This document shows, one piece after another, positions 53,895 through 62,872 of a DNA stretch of 64,000 nucleotides. Numbering within the stretch: the first letter of the stretch is position 1; the number at the start of each line of letters is the position of its first letter. The translations under genes were made by a program, and so were the position numbers. The stretch is taken from positions 75,406 to 139,405 of the forward strand of contig CALXMA010000002.1 in the NCBI GenBank assembly GCA_944389345.1, given 5' to 3'. This DNA comes from an uncultured Alphaproteobacteria bacterium. Lineage in GTDB: Bacteria > Pseudomonadota > Alphaproteobacteria > Rs-D84. Below the pieces are notes generated by a model, which saw only the letters and a list, made by a program, of their open reading frames with translations, was not told the origin of the DNA and did not search any database.

Positions 53895-56378
53895 ATGGCG
53901 ATTAATATAAAAAAACAATTTTCTGATTTGCGTAAAAATACGCCAAAGCATGTCCAGTGGCTGTTGTTGGTGGCGGCGTTTGTTGTCGTGCTGATTTTGA
54001 TGACGCTGTTGCTGACGGGAAAGGACGAAGACGCAATCGAAAATCAGGACGAAATTGCAATCGGACTGAATATATTTCCAGACACCGTTGAATGGCCCAG
54101 TGTTGTTGTCGGCGACAAAGAATCCCAAACTATCAAGGTTTCTGCGACCGCGCCTGCAAAGATTGTCGACATATATCCACGCGATGAAATTGACGGTCTG
54201 GTCTGGTCGCAACAGACTTGCACAACCATGGGACAAATTGATGAAAATGTTTCTTGTTCCATTGTGTTGGAATATGCACCCAATGTTGCGTCGGCAACCA
54301 CAACAACCGAAATATATATTGACTGGCGCGGGATTAACGAACCTGATGCGATGAAGCAAACAGACAAAATTATTGTCGTGTTGGGTGCCAACGCACCAGA
54401 AATTCCAGAACCGGCACCCGTAATCCCCGCCGATACATCTGATGATGCGGTGGATGATATGGATATTATCGACGACGCCAGTGATGCGGATGTTGTGGAA
54501 AATATCACAGATGAAACGACCGATATTGCATCGGGGATTCAGGCAGATATGGATTTGTTAATGCCGGATCCGATTGACATTTTGAACCCTGGCACCACAT
54601 CGGTTACAACGACGTTTGATGGTTCTGATACGCCGGAATATGTCCGTCCGCCAGAATCTTGTTCTGATTTCGCAATGCCGGCATATAATCTGTCGGGGGT
54701 ACAGAGTGGTTGGATTCGCCCCAGTGGTGGCGCGTATTATTATCATCCTTTTTCTGATACAACGTGCAGTAATCCGACCGGGACATACAACCCAGACAAT
54801 GGGATAATTACGGACATTAATAATCCCGGACAAAAAATCGGTACGGATGCGGATCATATCGGTTATGTTGCAATTCAAAATGGCGCACTGCCACAGTTGT
54901 CTAATCCGGTATCGACGGGAACATCGTCCGGCGGGCGCGCACGCCAGGCAACTGATAAAGAATTGGGTCTGGACGGGGCGATTTCCCCCATCCCCGCGGA
55001 TACAAACAAGGTGGTGGGGCTGAATCTGCGTGATGCGCCGGCGCCCAGTGTAATTGTTGGGACCAGCGGTACGGCGGTGTTTTCATCGGACCCGTTTGAC
55101 AGAAAATTTGTGTTGCGCCAATATAAACCAATTCCCGCCACAATAGTATCCGAAGTGCGGGCGGATCCGCAAATATACACCAATGGACAGCCGTTGCCTG
55201 TTCGCGCCACGGTTGATCGTAATGTGTATTCTGATGATGGGCGTACGGTTGTGATACCGACGGGTACATTGATGTTGGGTTATGTCACGGGTGATTTGCC
55301 GGGGCCATATCAAACAATCGGCCGCATGGAAATAAAATGGTATCAATTCATTTTACCCAGCGGTGTGGAATTTAATTTCAGCACATCAAACGCGCCGTTT
55401 TCTGGTGATTCCCAGGGACGTGCCGGTGTGCCGGGACATGGCAGTACCGACTATGTCGAACAATTGGTTATGCCGATGTTAACGGCAATTGTTCCGGCGG
55501 CGGTTAATATGATTGCGCCAATTGCGGACACGTTTGTAAACCAAATTGATTTGGACAATAACACCGTTGTGCAATCGGGAACCGTGCGTTCGTCCGAATT
55601 GGCCAAGAATGAAATTATTACCGCGTGGAACCAGGTGGCGCAAAAATTGCTGGTGGATGCAATGGACAATACCGTTCCGCCGTTTTCTATCGCGGCCGGA
55701 ACACGTATAACCGTCTATTCACCAACGGATTTGGTCATCACATGTGGCCATGGCGACAAAGAATGTTCCGTGGACAAGGTCCAGGCCGCCACAGGATTGG
55801 CCAGTGCCGATACAAAGCGCAATACTCGCCAGGACGATTGGCAGTCGCAAAGACCAAATATTAATTATGACGACCCTTCTTGGGTTGGCCAGGTACGTTC
55901 GTTTGATTTGCGCAATTTTTGCACAAATCAAACCGCAGATGGTTTATGGGATATTAATGAAGACCGGATGGATGATATTATGACATCGGGTTATGATTAC
56001 AGAACTGTGTTGGCGTATTGCCAATCAATGAATTACCAGGCCATCAGCAATGCCCAACAGGATGCGCTGTATCAAGACCAACAAAAACAGTTCCAAACCA
56101 ATTATGGAACATCGACCAACCAAACCGAGCAACAATACCAGGCGTATAATGAAGATATCCTGGGGTTGACATACGATGACAGTGGCGCGATTCAGAATCC
56201 GTTTAATTCGACAACCGTCGAAGAAGAAACCACGACCGAGGCCGTCATCACTTGCGAAGGGGGCGCACTGCCCGATGAATATGGTTGCTGTCCGGGGGAA
56301 ATATATACCGATATGGGCGAACAGGGATTCAACTGTTGTCCGGAAACAGGTGGCGATTGTTTCCCGCCGATACTGTAA
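53895..56378 (+). CDS. VirB10/TrbI-like protein, oversized (827 aa) with acidic insert and Cys-rich C-terminal extension
   Basis: N-terminal TM (WLLLVAAFVVVLILMTLLLTG). TrbI core ...VIPTGTLMLGYVTG...GRMEIKWYQFILPSGVEF...DSQGRAGVPGH...GTRITVYSPTDLVI. Tail ...CEGGALPDEYGCCPGEIYTDMGEQGFNCCPETGGDCFPPIL. Confidence 0.7.
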   Translation: MAINIKKQFSDLRKNTPKHVQWLLLVAAFVVVLILMTLLLTGKDEDAIENQDEIAIGLNIFPDTVEWPSVVVGDKESQTIKVSATAPAKIVDIYPRDEIDGLVWSQQTCTTMGQIDENVSCSIVLEYAPNVASATTTTEIYIDWRGINEPDAMKQTDKIIVVLGANAPEIPEPAPVIPADTSDDAVDDMDIIDDASDADVVENITDETTDIASGIQADMDLLMPDPIDILNPGTTSVTTTFDGSDTPEYVRPPESCSDFAMPAYNLSGVQSGWIRPSGGAYYYHPFSDTTCSNPTGTYNPDNGIITDINNPGQKIGTDADHIGYVAIQNGALPQLSNPVSTGTSSGGRARQATDKELGLDGAISPIPADTNKVVGLNLRDAPAPSVIVGTSGTAVFSSDPFDRKFVLRQYKPIPATIVSEVRADPQIYTNGQPLPVRATVDRNVYSDDGRTVVIPTGTLMLGYVTGDLPGPYQTIGRMEIKWYQFILPSGVEFNFSTSNAPFSGDSQGRAGVPGHGSTDYVEQLVMPMLTAIVPAAVNMIAPIADTFVNQIDLDNNTVVQSGTVRSSELAKNEIITAWNQVAQKLLVDAMDNTVPPFSIAAGTRITVYSPTDLVITCGHGDKECSVDKVQAATGLASADTKRNTRQDDWQSQRPNINYDDPSWVGQVRSFDLRNFCTNQTADGLWDINEDRMDDIMTSGYDYRTVLAYCQSMNYQAISNAQQDALYQDQQKQFQTNYGTSTNQTEQQYQAYNEDILGLTYDDSGAIQNPFNSTTVEEETTTEAVITCEGGALPDEYGCCPGEIYTDMGEQGFNCCPETGGDCFPPIL

Positions 56379-56389
56379 TCGAAATTGTG

Positions 56390-56413
56390 TCCCGCCGTAT
56401 GGCGGGATTTTTA
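56390..56413 (+). terminator. Intrinsic terminator after virB10-like gene
   Basis: TCCCGCCGTATGGCGGGATTTTT. Confidence 0.85.
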
Positions 56414-56476
56414 TTAACGCATATTGAAAAAAGGAACAAGTTATACTATAAACATATACGTGAGAAATTTATCATT

Positions 56477-56496
56477 ATGCGCGCCATGGCGCGCAT
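56477..56496. repeat. Perfect 20-bp GC-rich palindrome ATGCGCGCCATGGCGCGCAT (second terminator, attenuator or operator)
   Basis: Exact palindrome in an AT-rich spacer, followed by T5. Preceded by promoter-like TTGAAA (56424-56429), 17 nt, TATAAA (56447-56452). Confidence 0.6.
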
Positions 56497-56503
56497 TTTT
56501 ATT

Positions 56504-56576
56504 TGCAAAAATTGCAAAAAAATTGATTTTTGCGATTCGTGCAAAAATATGCAAAAACCGAATTCGAATCGGTTTT
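56504..56576 (+). repeat. Phased TGCAAAA(A) repeats plus hairpin
   Basis: TGCAAAA starts at 56504, 56513, 56540 and 56550. An inverted imperfect copy TTTTTGCG lies at 56527-56534. An 8-bp hairpin AAAACCGA/TCGGTTTT lies at 56554-56576. Confidence 0.6.
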
Positions 56577-56677
56577 CTGATTCGGAATTCAACCGACAGT
56601 TGTACTGTTTTACACATACCAACCGTACGTTTAACATAATCTATCGCAAACCAAAAATAAAAAAAGGAGTAGAGAAA

Positions 56678-57028
56678 ATGACAAATCAAAATATGCCCAG
56701 CGTTTCCACAGCAGAAAAATTCCAAAACGCAGAACAATTATGGTTTTGGTTTCTGTATTCTAAATCAATGCAAAACGGGTTTATGCACAACCCCGTTAAC
56801 GCAACGCGACGCGTGTGCCAGGTATTAGATGTGGAAACATTGATAACTAAACTGTATCTGTCGGGAAAACTGACCGATGAACAATTGGCCGTTATGAAAA
56901 AGTTTGGCGACAGACGTCGTGCACCACACCAGTATATATGGGCGGAAAATCGTGCATCTGGATTGTGGCGGGACGCAATGAATGTTCTGGATATCGAATG
57001 CACAAACCGCGGTTGGATTGAAAAATAA
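56678..57028 (+). CDS. Hypothetical protein (116 aa)
   Basis: ATG preceded by AAAAGGAG. The sequence MTNQNMPSVSTAEKFQNAEQLWFWFLYSK...LSGKLTDEQLAVMKKFGDRRRAP... may contain a small HTH-like segment. Not recognised. Confidence 0.55.
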   Translation: MTNQNMPSVSTAEKFQNAEQLWFWFLYSKSMQNGFMHNPVNATRRVCQVLDVETLITKLYLSGKLTDEQLAVMKKFGDRRRAPHQYIWAENRASGLWRDAMNVLDIECTNRGWIEK

Positions 57029-57082
57029 ACAATATGCGCGCCAGGCACACAACACAAAAAAACATAAATAATGGAGGTAAAT

Positions 57083-57466
57083 ATGATTCTTGTCGGATTT
57101 TCACGTAATACATCTAAATTATTTCCAAAAATTTTTTGCAGAAAATTTAAGCACTGTGCACCTGTATTCAAGGTTTGCGATGATATGTATATAATGTTGC
57201 AATTTGTACGACGAGGTTACGTGGCGCAAATATCTGTGAATGAACACGGTATTAACCTGTTGCGCGCCCAAGGATGGGAATTTATAAATCTGGACAACGA
57301 CGCCTGTGATTCAACCGCCAATATATATGATGATAATATATGTCCAGATATTATTATGGCGGAATCTTGTGTTGATTTGTGCATGACCGTAATTGGTATG
57401 CATGCCCCGTATATAAAAACCCCGTACGGTTTGTATAAAAAATTAAAGCGCCATATGGCGCCTTAA
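57083..57466 (+). CDS. Hypothetical protein (127 aa), possibly permuted papain/NlpC-P60-like (His early, Cys late)
   Basis: ATG after GGAGG. MILVGFSRNTSKLFPKIFCRKFKHCAPV... and ...AESCVDLCMTVIG... are reminiscent of YiiX-type permuted hydrolases. This is a weak, pattern-only call. Confidence 0.4.
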   Translation: MILVGFSRNTSKLFPKIFCRKFKHCAPVFKVCDDMYIMLQFVRRGYVAQISVNEHGINLLRAQGWEFINLDNDACDSTANIYDDNICPDIIMAESCVDLCMTVIGMHAPYIKTPYGLYKKLKRHMAP

Positions 57467-57473
57467 TTTTTTT
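57446..57473. terminator. Bidirectional terminator-like hairpin
   Basis: GCGCCATATGGCGC followed by CTTAATTTTTTT, between convergent genes. Confidence 0.55.
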
Positions 57474-57478
57474 ATCAA

Positions 57479-59056
57479 CTATTTCTGCAAGCGTTTTTTA
57501 ATATAGTACATCTGACCGATACCAAATACGTTTGATATCGTCCAATACAGTACCAGGCCCGCCGGCATCCATGCAAACATCACCGTGAATATCAACGGCA
57601 TCCATTTCATTACACGCTGGGTCTGGGCCGCAGGATCATTCGCAGGTGCATTTTTCTGGGCGGTGGGCGCCTGTAAATACTGTTGCAACCACATCGTCGC
57701 ACCCATCAATATCGGCAATATAAAGTATGGATCCATTGACGCCAAATCTGATATCCACAAGAAATGTGCACTGCGCATCTGAACAGATATCAATAACGCC
57801 TTGTACAATGCAAAGAAGATTGGTATCTGAATCAACATCGGCAGGCATCCCGACATTGGTGATGTCTTGTGCGTCTGGTACAGGCGCAACATTTCCATTT
57901 GCAGGCGCGCCTTGTCATTGGCATACAATTTCTGGATGCGCGCCATTTCTGGTTGCATTTTCTGCATCGCCATCATTGATACGTACGATTTACGCGTCAA
58001 TGGCCACATCGCCAGGCGCATCAGCAATGTCATCAATATTATCGCCACGCCGTAATTCATTACAAATGAATTCAGAATGTTTAACAACCACAATATCGGT
58101 TGCACAAAAAACCAAAACCAACCGTAATCAACCGTGTCTGAAATTCCGGGAATCGTCGCGTCCGCAATATCCAGGATTTTGTTATCGCGCGGTCCCATAT
58201 ACAAATTCGTCGTTATTGTCTTGGTTTCACCCGCAACGATATTAACCGGGGCACTGGCCACGTCGGCACGGAACAATTCCCCCACAGGACGAACGCGCAT
58301 CGTTTGTTCCGGACTGGCCACTGATAAAATGGTTTCCCAATACTGGTCTACGAACCCGATAAAACCATTTGTCGTCGTGTATGCAAAAGATTTATCCGCA
58401 ATGCGGGACCAATCTTCGCGTTCTAAATCTGAATCAACGTATGCAACCGAACCAGTGTAAACACCCGCCGACGATGTCATATCATTCGCACGCAAAATTT
58501 CTGCATACGGAACAACTGATATATCTTTGGTCGCGGTATTATTAACCGTATCCGACACAGATATTACATATCCGTCCACCGTTATTTTACGGGTAAATTC
58601 AACACCATCAGAATTACGCCACGTATATGTATCGCCGTTTTGTGTCCATACCGTTGTTTGTGTCGGTGCATCTGTCCCGTTCGCCAGCAAACCAACCAAT
58701 GCATAAGAATTGTCCGACCCCAATAATACAACCGGGCCAGATTCATCGTCAGACGCGTCTGATGCATACTTTAACAATTCTATGTCGGATATGCGCAGAC
58801 CCTGGACCTGGGCCGTTAAATTTTCGGATACTATTTCCGATACAGGAACCGCAGATACGTCCACCAATTCTATATCTGTTTCGGTCGTGGTCGTATTGGT
58901 ATCATTCGGCGCCATCCACCATGACAGCAACCACCACGATGCCAAGAACAATATAAACCACCACAGTATCCCACCCCATTTAGACTTTGGCCGGGACGCA
59001 TCACGACTAGCGTTCCATTGCTGGAACCCAGAATTATTATTCATATATTTTACCAT
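57479..59056 (-). CDS. yidC: Membrane protein insertase YidC
   Basis: Start MVKYMNNN... overlaps the lspA stop (TAATG). N-terminal TM, large periplasmic domain, conserved C-terminal 5-TM core (...MQKMQPEMARIQKLY...GCLPMLIQIPIFFALY...). Confidence 0.92.
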   Translation of the reverse strand: MVKYMNNNSGFQQWNASRDASRPKSKWGGILWWFILFLASWWLLSWWMAPNDTNTTTTETDIELVDVSAVPVSEIVSENLTAQVQGLRISDIELLKYASDASDDESGPVVLLGSDNSYALVGLLANGTDAPTQTTVWTQNGDTYTWRNSDGVEFTRKITVDGYVISVSDTVNNTATKDISVVPYAEILRANDMTSSAGVYTGSVAYVDSDLEREDWSRIADKSFAYTTTNGFIGFVDQYWETILSVASPEQTMRVRPVGELFRADVASAPVNIVAGETKTITTNLYMGPRDNKILDIADATIPGISDTVDYGWFWFFVQPILWLLNILNSFVMNYGVAIILMTLLMRLAMWPLTRKSYVSMMAMQKMQPEMARIQKLYANDKARLQMEMLRLYQTHKTSPMSGCLPMLIQIPIFFALYKALLISVQMRSAHFLWISDLASMDPYFILPILMGATMWLQQYLQAPTAQKNAPANDPAAQTQRVMKWMPLIFTVMFAWMPAGLVLYWTISNVFGIGQMYYIKKRLQK

Positions 59057-59598
59057 TATTTTTCCCCTGAATTTACGGCACGAATGCAACGACGACGCGC
59101 CAAAATAAACGAAATTAACAACCACGCAACGCCAATGACTATGCATGAATCCGCAATATTAAATGCCGGCCAATGCCAACCACCAATATGAAAGTCCAAA
59201 AAGTCAACCACCGCACCAAAGCGCACACGGTCTATTAAATTACCAATCGCACCACCAACAATCAGCGCCAATGGCGCACGTTCATATTTCGGCGCCCGCG
59301 TAAACAGGTAATATGTTATCAGACCGATTATAAACGCCGTTAACACAACCATTATTATCGGCGCCGTTTCCCCAACACCACGCAACATGGAAAACGATGC
59401 GCCCGGATTCCACGTGAACACAATGTTAAAGAAATTACAAACATGGGCCATCAAATACGGCACAGGCACAATGTCCCACGCCATTCCAAACAATGGCACC
59501 CCGCCCGTTATCAAGTACAATAACACAGATTTGGTCAATTGGTCCGCAATAATTGCCCCCAATATAATTCCGCCATATTTTAATATGTTCTTTATCAT
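59056..59598 (-). CDS. lspA: Lipoprotein signal peptidase II
   Basis: From MIKNILKYGG...ADQLTK..., with ...FNIVFTWNPGASFS... and ...GAIGNLIDRVRFGAVVDFLDF...FNIADS... motifs. Confidence 0.9.
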   Translation of the reverse strand: MIKNILKYGGIILGAIIADQLTKSVLLYLITGGVPLFGMAWDIVPVPYLMAHVCNFFNIVFTWNPGASFSMLRGVGETAPIIMVVLTAFIIGLITYYLFTRAPKYERAPLALIVGGAIGNLIDRVRFGAVVDFLDFHIGGWHWPAFNIADSCIVIGVAWLLISFILARRRCIRAVNSGEK

Positions 59599-59691
59599 AT
59601 CAAATTCCCCGTTCTTTGGAATATAACAGTACCGCCACACAAAAGCAAATACAAAAGAAAATTGGGACAAATGAATATTGCCCCAAATATA

Positions 59692-61398
59692 TTATCCGCG
59701 GTCCGCAATCGTTTGTTCCACGCCAGAATAATTATCCGACCGCAGATATGTTAACAAGTTATCTATCTTGCCCGCAGATACACCCAAATGTTCCAGAACC
59801 CCCGTCCCCAGCAAGAACGATGATTCTATGGTTTCGGGCAATGCCTGGGTCACGCCCAATTTCAGCAATTCTTGGGTGTCGGCCAAATTACGTGCGCGGG
59901 CGAAAATCTTGGCGCGGGGCGCAATCTGGCGTACGGTCAAAATCGTATCGCGCGCCGTCGCAACATTGTCCAGCGCAATGACAACCGCGCGGGTACGACG
60001 CGGGGCAACGCCGAAATCACGCAGAACAGCCTCGTTCTTGGTATTTCCATATACAACATTGAACCCACGTTCGCGGCCCAACATAACCGCATTTACGTCC
60101 AGATCCAGCGCAACGTACGGTATCTTTTGTGATTCCAGCATTTGCGCAACTATCTGGCCAACACGTCCAAAACCACAAATAACAACCGCGGGTTTTACAG
60201 AACTGTCTATGTCCGCAATCGTACGCATGGGATAACGCGATAAAATCCAACCACGACGGCGCAAGAAATCAAATATCGCAACCAATATCGGGGTCAGCAT
60301 AATTGAGACTATTATTATCGCCGTTAAAATTTCTTGGTGCGTTTCAGGCAATGCATCTATGCCCGATGTTTTCATGGTTTGCAACATCAACAATCCAAAT
60401 TCACCGCCCTGGGATAAAATCAGCGCAATCATTACCGCGTCTGGGACAGATACATGACGCACGCGCGCAACAATAAATATCGCACAGAACTTTATCAGTA
60501 CCAATCCCAAAACACCCGCCAAGATTATATACCAATTCTGTTCCAATAACGGCAGGTTTAATCCCATACCCAACGCAATGAAAAAGAACGCCAAAAACAG
60601 CATAGAATACGGCGATATTTCCGCACTGATTTGATGGCGATATATCGTTTCAGACAACAACATCCCCGCCAAAAATGCCCCCAGCCCCGCCGGCAGACCC
60701 AACCACTGCATAACCAATGCCCAGATAACAATGTTCAGCATTATGGTTAATATAAATGCCTCTTTGGATTTTAATTTAGCAACCAGGCGCATCAATGGGT
60801 TTAATATAAAACGACCAACAACCACAACACCAATAATCAACGTTATCGACAATACCAAAACGTCTATGGCCGTGGCCCCCAGATTAAAACTTTTCCCGGC
60901 AAACACCGGCAACATTGCCAATAACGGGATGGATAATAAATCTTGGAATAATAATATAGAAAATGTCTGGCGCCCCATGTTTGTATTTAACTGATTCCGG
61001 TCAGTCAATAATTGCATGTCTTCGGACGTGCTGGACATCGCGAACAATAACGCAACCATTATGCACCCCAACATAGACCACGGCGTCAGCCCCGCCAATA
61101 TCGGAAACATCATAAATGCAACCATCAAAACCTGGGCCGCGCCAAAGCCGAATATCGTACGGCGCATATCCCACAGGCGACGCATATTGATTTCCAAACC
61201 CAATGTAAACCATAAAAACAATATGCCCAGATCACCAAGAAATGACCAGGTGTCTGTTAATTTGAATAAATCAAAAACATACGGCCCTGATAAAACGCCC
61301 GCCAATAAAAATGCAACCAATGTACCAACACGCGCCACACGCAATACGCATATCAGCACAAACAGAACAACAAAAAACATTAAAATAGGTAATGTCAT
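59692..61398 (-). CDS. Kef-type K+/H+ antiporter (CPA2) with C-terminal TrkA-N/RCK domain
   Basis: 568 aa. ~12 TM helices, then VVICGFGRVGQIVAQML Rossmann-like RCK motif. Confidence 0.85.
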   Translation of the reverse strand: MTLPILMFFVVLFVLICVLRVARVGTLVAFLLAGVLSGPYVFDLFKLTDTWSFLGDLGILFLWFTLGLEINMRRLWDMRRTIFGFGAAQVLMVAFMMFPILAGLTPWSMLGCIMVALLFAMSSTSEDMQLLTDRNQLNTNMGRQTFSILLFQDLLSIPLLAMLPVFAGKSFNLGATAIDVLVLSITLIIGVVVVGRFILNPLMRLVAKLKSKEAFILTIMLNIVIWALVMQWLGLPAGLGAFLAGMLLSETIYRHQISAEISPYSMLFLAFFFIALGMGLNLPLLEQNWYIILAGVLGLVLIKFCAIFIVARVRHVSVPDAVMIALILSQGGEFGLLMLQTMKTSGIDALPETHQEILTAIIIVSIMLTPILVAIFDFLRRRGWILSRYPMRTIADIDSSVKPAVVICGFGRVGQIVAQMLESQKIPYVALDLDVNAVMLGRERGFNVVYGNTKNEAVLRDFGVAPRRTRAVVIALDNVATARDTILTVRQIAPRAKIFARARNLADTQELLKLGVTQALPETIESSFLLGTGVLEHLGVSAGKIDNLLTYLRSDNYSGVEQTIADRG

Positions 61399-61431
61399 CT
61401 CTCTGTATTTTCCCCCGTCGACATGTATATA

Positions 61432-62259
61432 TTATAACAAATCGTGTGCCAGTCGCGCAAACATTTCCGGCGTCAGGTTTTCTGCACGTTCCGTCCCCGT
61501 CAGTCCATAATGCGACCAATCAACGCCCGGCATTATGCCACGTATCATTTTGCGACGTTGGCCAAACAATTTCGCCGTTATTTTTTCTATCTTGTCTATA
61601 TCACCAACAGAATTAATCTTGGTCGCGTTCGGAATGACAGAAATTACCGCACTTTGCACACGTGGGCGCGGAACAAACGCCGTATTTGGAACATCAAATA
61701 AAATTCGCGCATCCGAAACCAATGACGTTAATACCCCCAGACGGCCATATTGGGCATCACCGGGGCGCGCAGTGATACGTTCTGCAACCTCGCGTTGGAA
61801 CATTAATGTCATAGAACGTATCGGGGCACCGTGGGCCATGCGTATCAACCATTGTGTCAACATTTCTGTTCCGACGTTATATGGCAAATTGGCACAAATC
61901 GCGTATTCCGAAATGCCCAATTTTGAAAAATCAACCCGCAACGCGTCGTCATATATGACGGTCAGACGACCATCTGAGGCATTCATAATTTCGTCCAATA
62001 TCGGACGCGTTGTTTTATCTTTTTCTATGGCAATAACACGGCGCGCCCCCGCCATCAACAGCGCACGCGTCAACCCACCCGGGCCGGGTCCAACCTCTAT
62101 GACAATGCGGTCGGTGATATCGGGAACACTGCGCGCAATCCGACCCGTCAAATTCAAATCAAATAAAAAATTCTGGCCGAACTGTTTTTTGGGTTCCAAC
62201 CCCGCATTACGCATCATTTCAGACACGGGTGGCAAAGATTCCAGTTTTGTCGTACTCAT
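61432..62259 (-). CDS. rsmA: 16S rRNA (adenine1518/1519-N6)-dimethyltransferase
   Basis: ...KKQFGQNFLFDLNLTGRIA...VIEVGPGPGGLT...NLPYNVG motifs. Confidence 0.92.
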   Translation of the reverse strand: MSTTKLESLPPVSEMMRNAGLEPKKQFGQNFLFDLNLTGRIARSVPDITDRIVIEVGPGPGGLTRALLMAGARRVIAIEKDKTTRPILDEIMNASDGRLTVIYDDALRVDFSKLGISEYAICANLPYNVGTEMLTQWLIRMAHGAPIRSMTLMFQREVAERITARPGDAQYGRLGVLTSLVSDARILFDVPNTAFVPRPRVQSAVISVIPNATKINSVGDIDKIEKITAKLFGQRRKMIRGIMPGVDWSHYGLTGTERAENLTPEMFARLAHDLL

Positions 62260-62855
62260 AACGCCTTGCGTCCCCCAAACGCCAATGACAACGTGCCATC
62301 GTCCAGGTAATCTAAATCACCACCCAATGGAACCCCGGACGCCAATTCTGAAAAACGTACGCCCGTCGCAGGGTCTATGACCGACATAACATAATGTTGG
62401 GTTGTTTTACCTTCGACCGTGTTGGGCAACGCGAAAATTATTTCAGATATGTTTTCGTTTCGCACCCTGTCCGTCAGGCCCGATATATTCAAATCGTCCG
62501 GCATTGTACCAGACATCCCAGACAACAATCCGCCCAGGATATGATACCGACCGTGAAACACCCCCGATTTTTCCAGTGTCCACACATCTGATAAATCGCG
62601 CACAATACACAACTGTCCGTTTGCACGTGCGGAATCACGGCAGAATTCGCACATCCCCGTATCCGCGTCTGTTAAAATTCCGCAAATTGGGCACGGGCGT
62701 ATCGTTGCGACCGCGTCCAGTAATGCATTCGCCAAATTTTCCGCACGCCCGGTTTTATCCTGTAATAACGCCAGAACAATACGTCCCGCCGCACGCGACC
62801 CCAGACGCGGTAATTTCGCAAACTGTTTTATTAAACGTTCTATTTTTGAATTCAT
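62256..62855 (-). CDS. recR: Recombination protein RecR
   Basis: From MNSKIERLIKQFAKLPRLGSRAAGR. Zinc finger CPICGILTDADTGMCEFC. Toprim ...LCIVRDLSDVWTLEKSG.FHGRYHILGG. Confidence 0.92.
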   Translation of the reverse strand: MNSKIERLIKQFAKLPRLGSRAAGRIVLALLQDKTGRAENLANALLDAVATIRPCPICGILTDADTGMCEFCRDSARANGQLCIVRDLSDVWTLEKSGVFHGRYHILGGLLSGMSGTMPDDLNISGLTDRVRNENISEIIFALPNTVEGKTTQHYVMSVIDPATGVRFSELASGVPLGGDLDYLDDGTLSLAFGGRKAL

Positions 62856-62872
62856 GACGACCAACTATAACA

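Noticed and set aside
56285-56677. N-terminal 131 codons of the 247-aa ORF 56285-57028
   Set aside because: This part overlaps the virB10-like 3' end and crosses two terminators and the repeat spacer. The internal ATG at 56678 has a good SD sequence.
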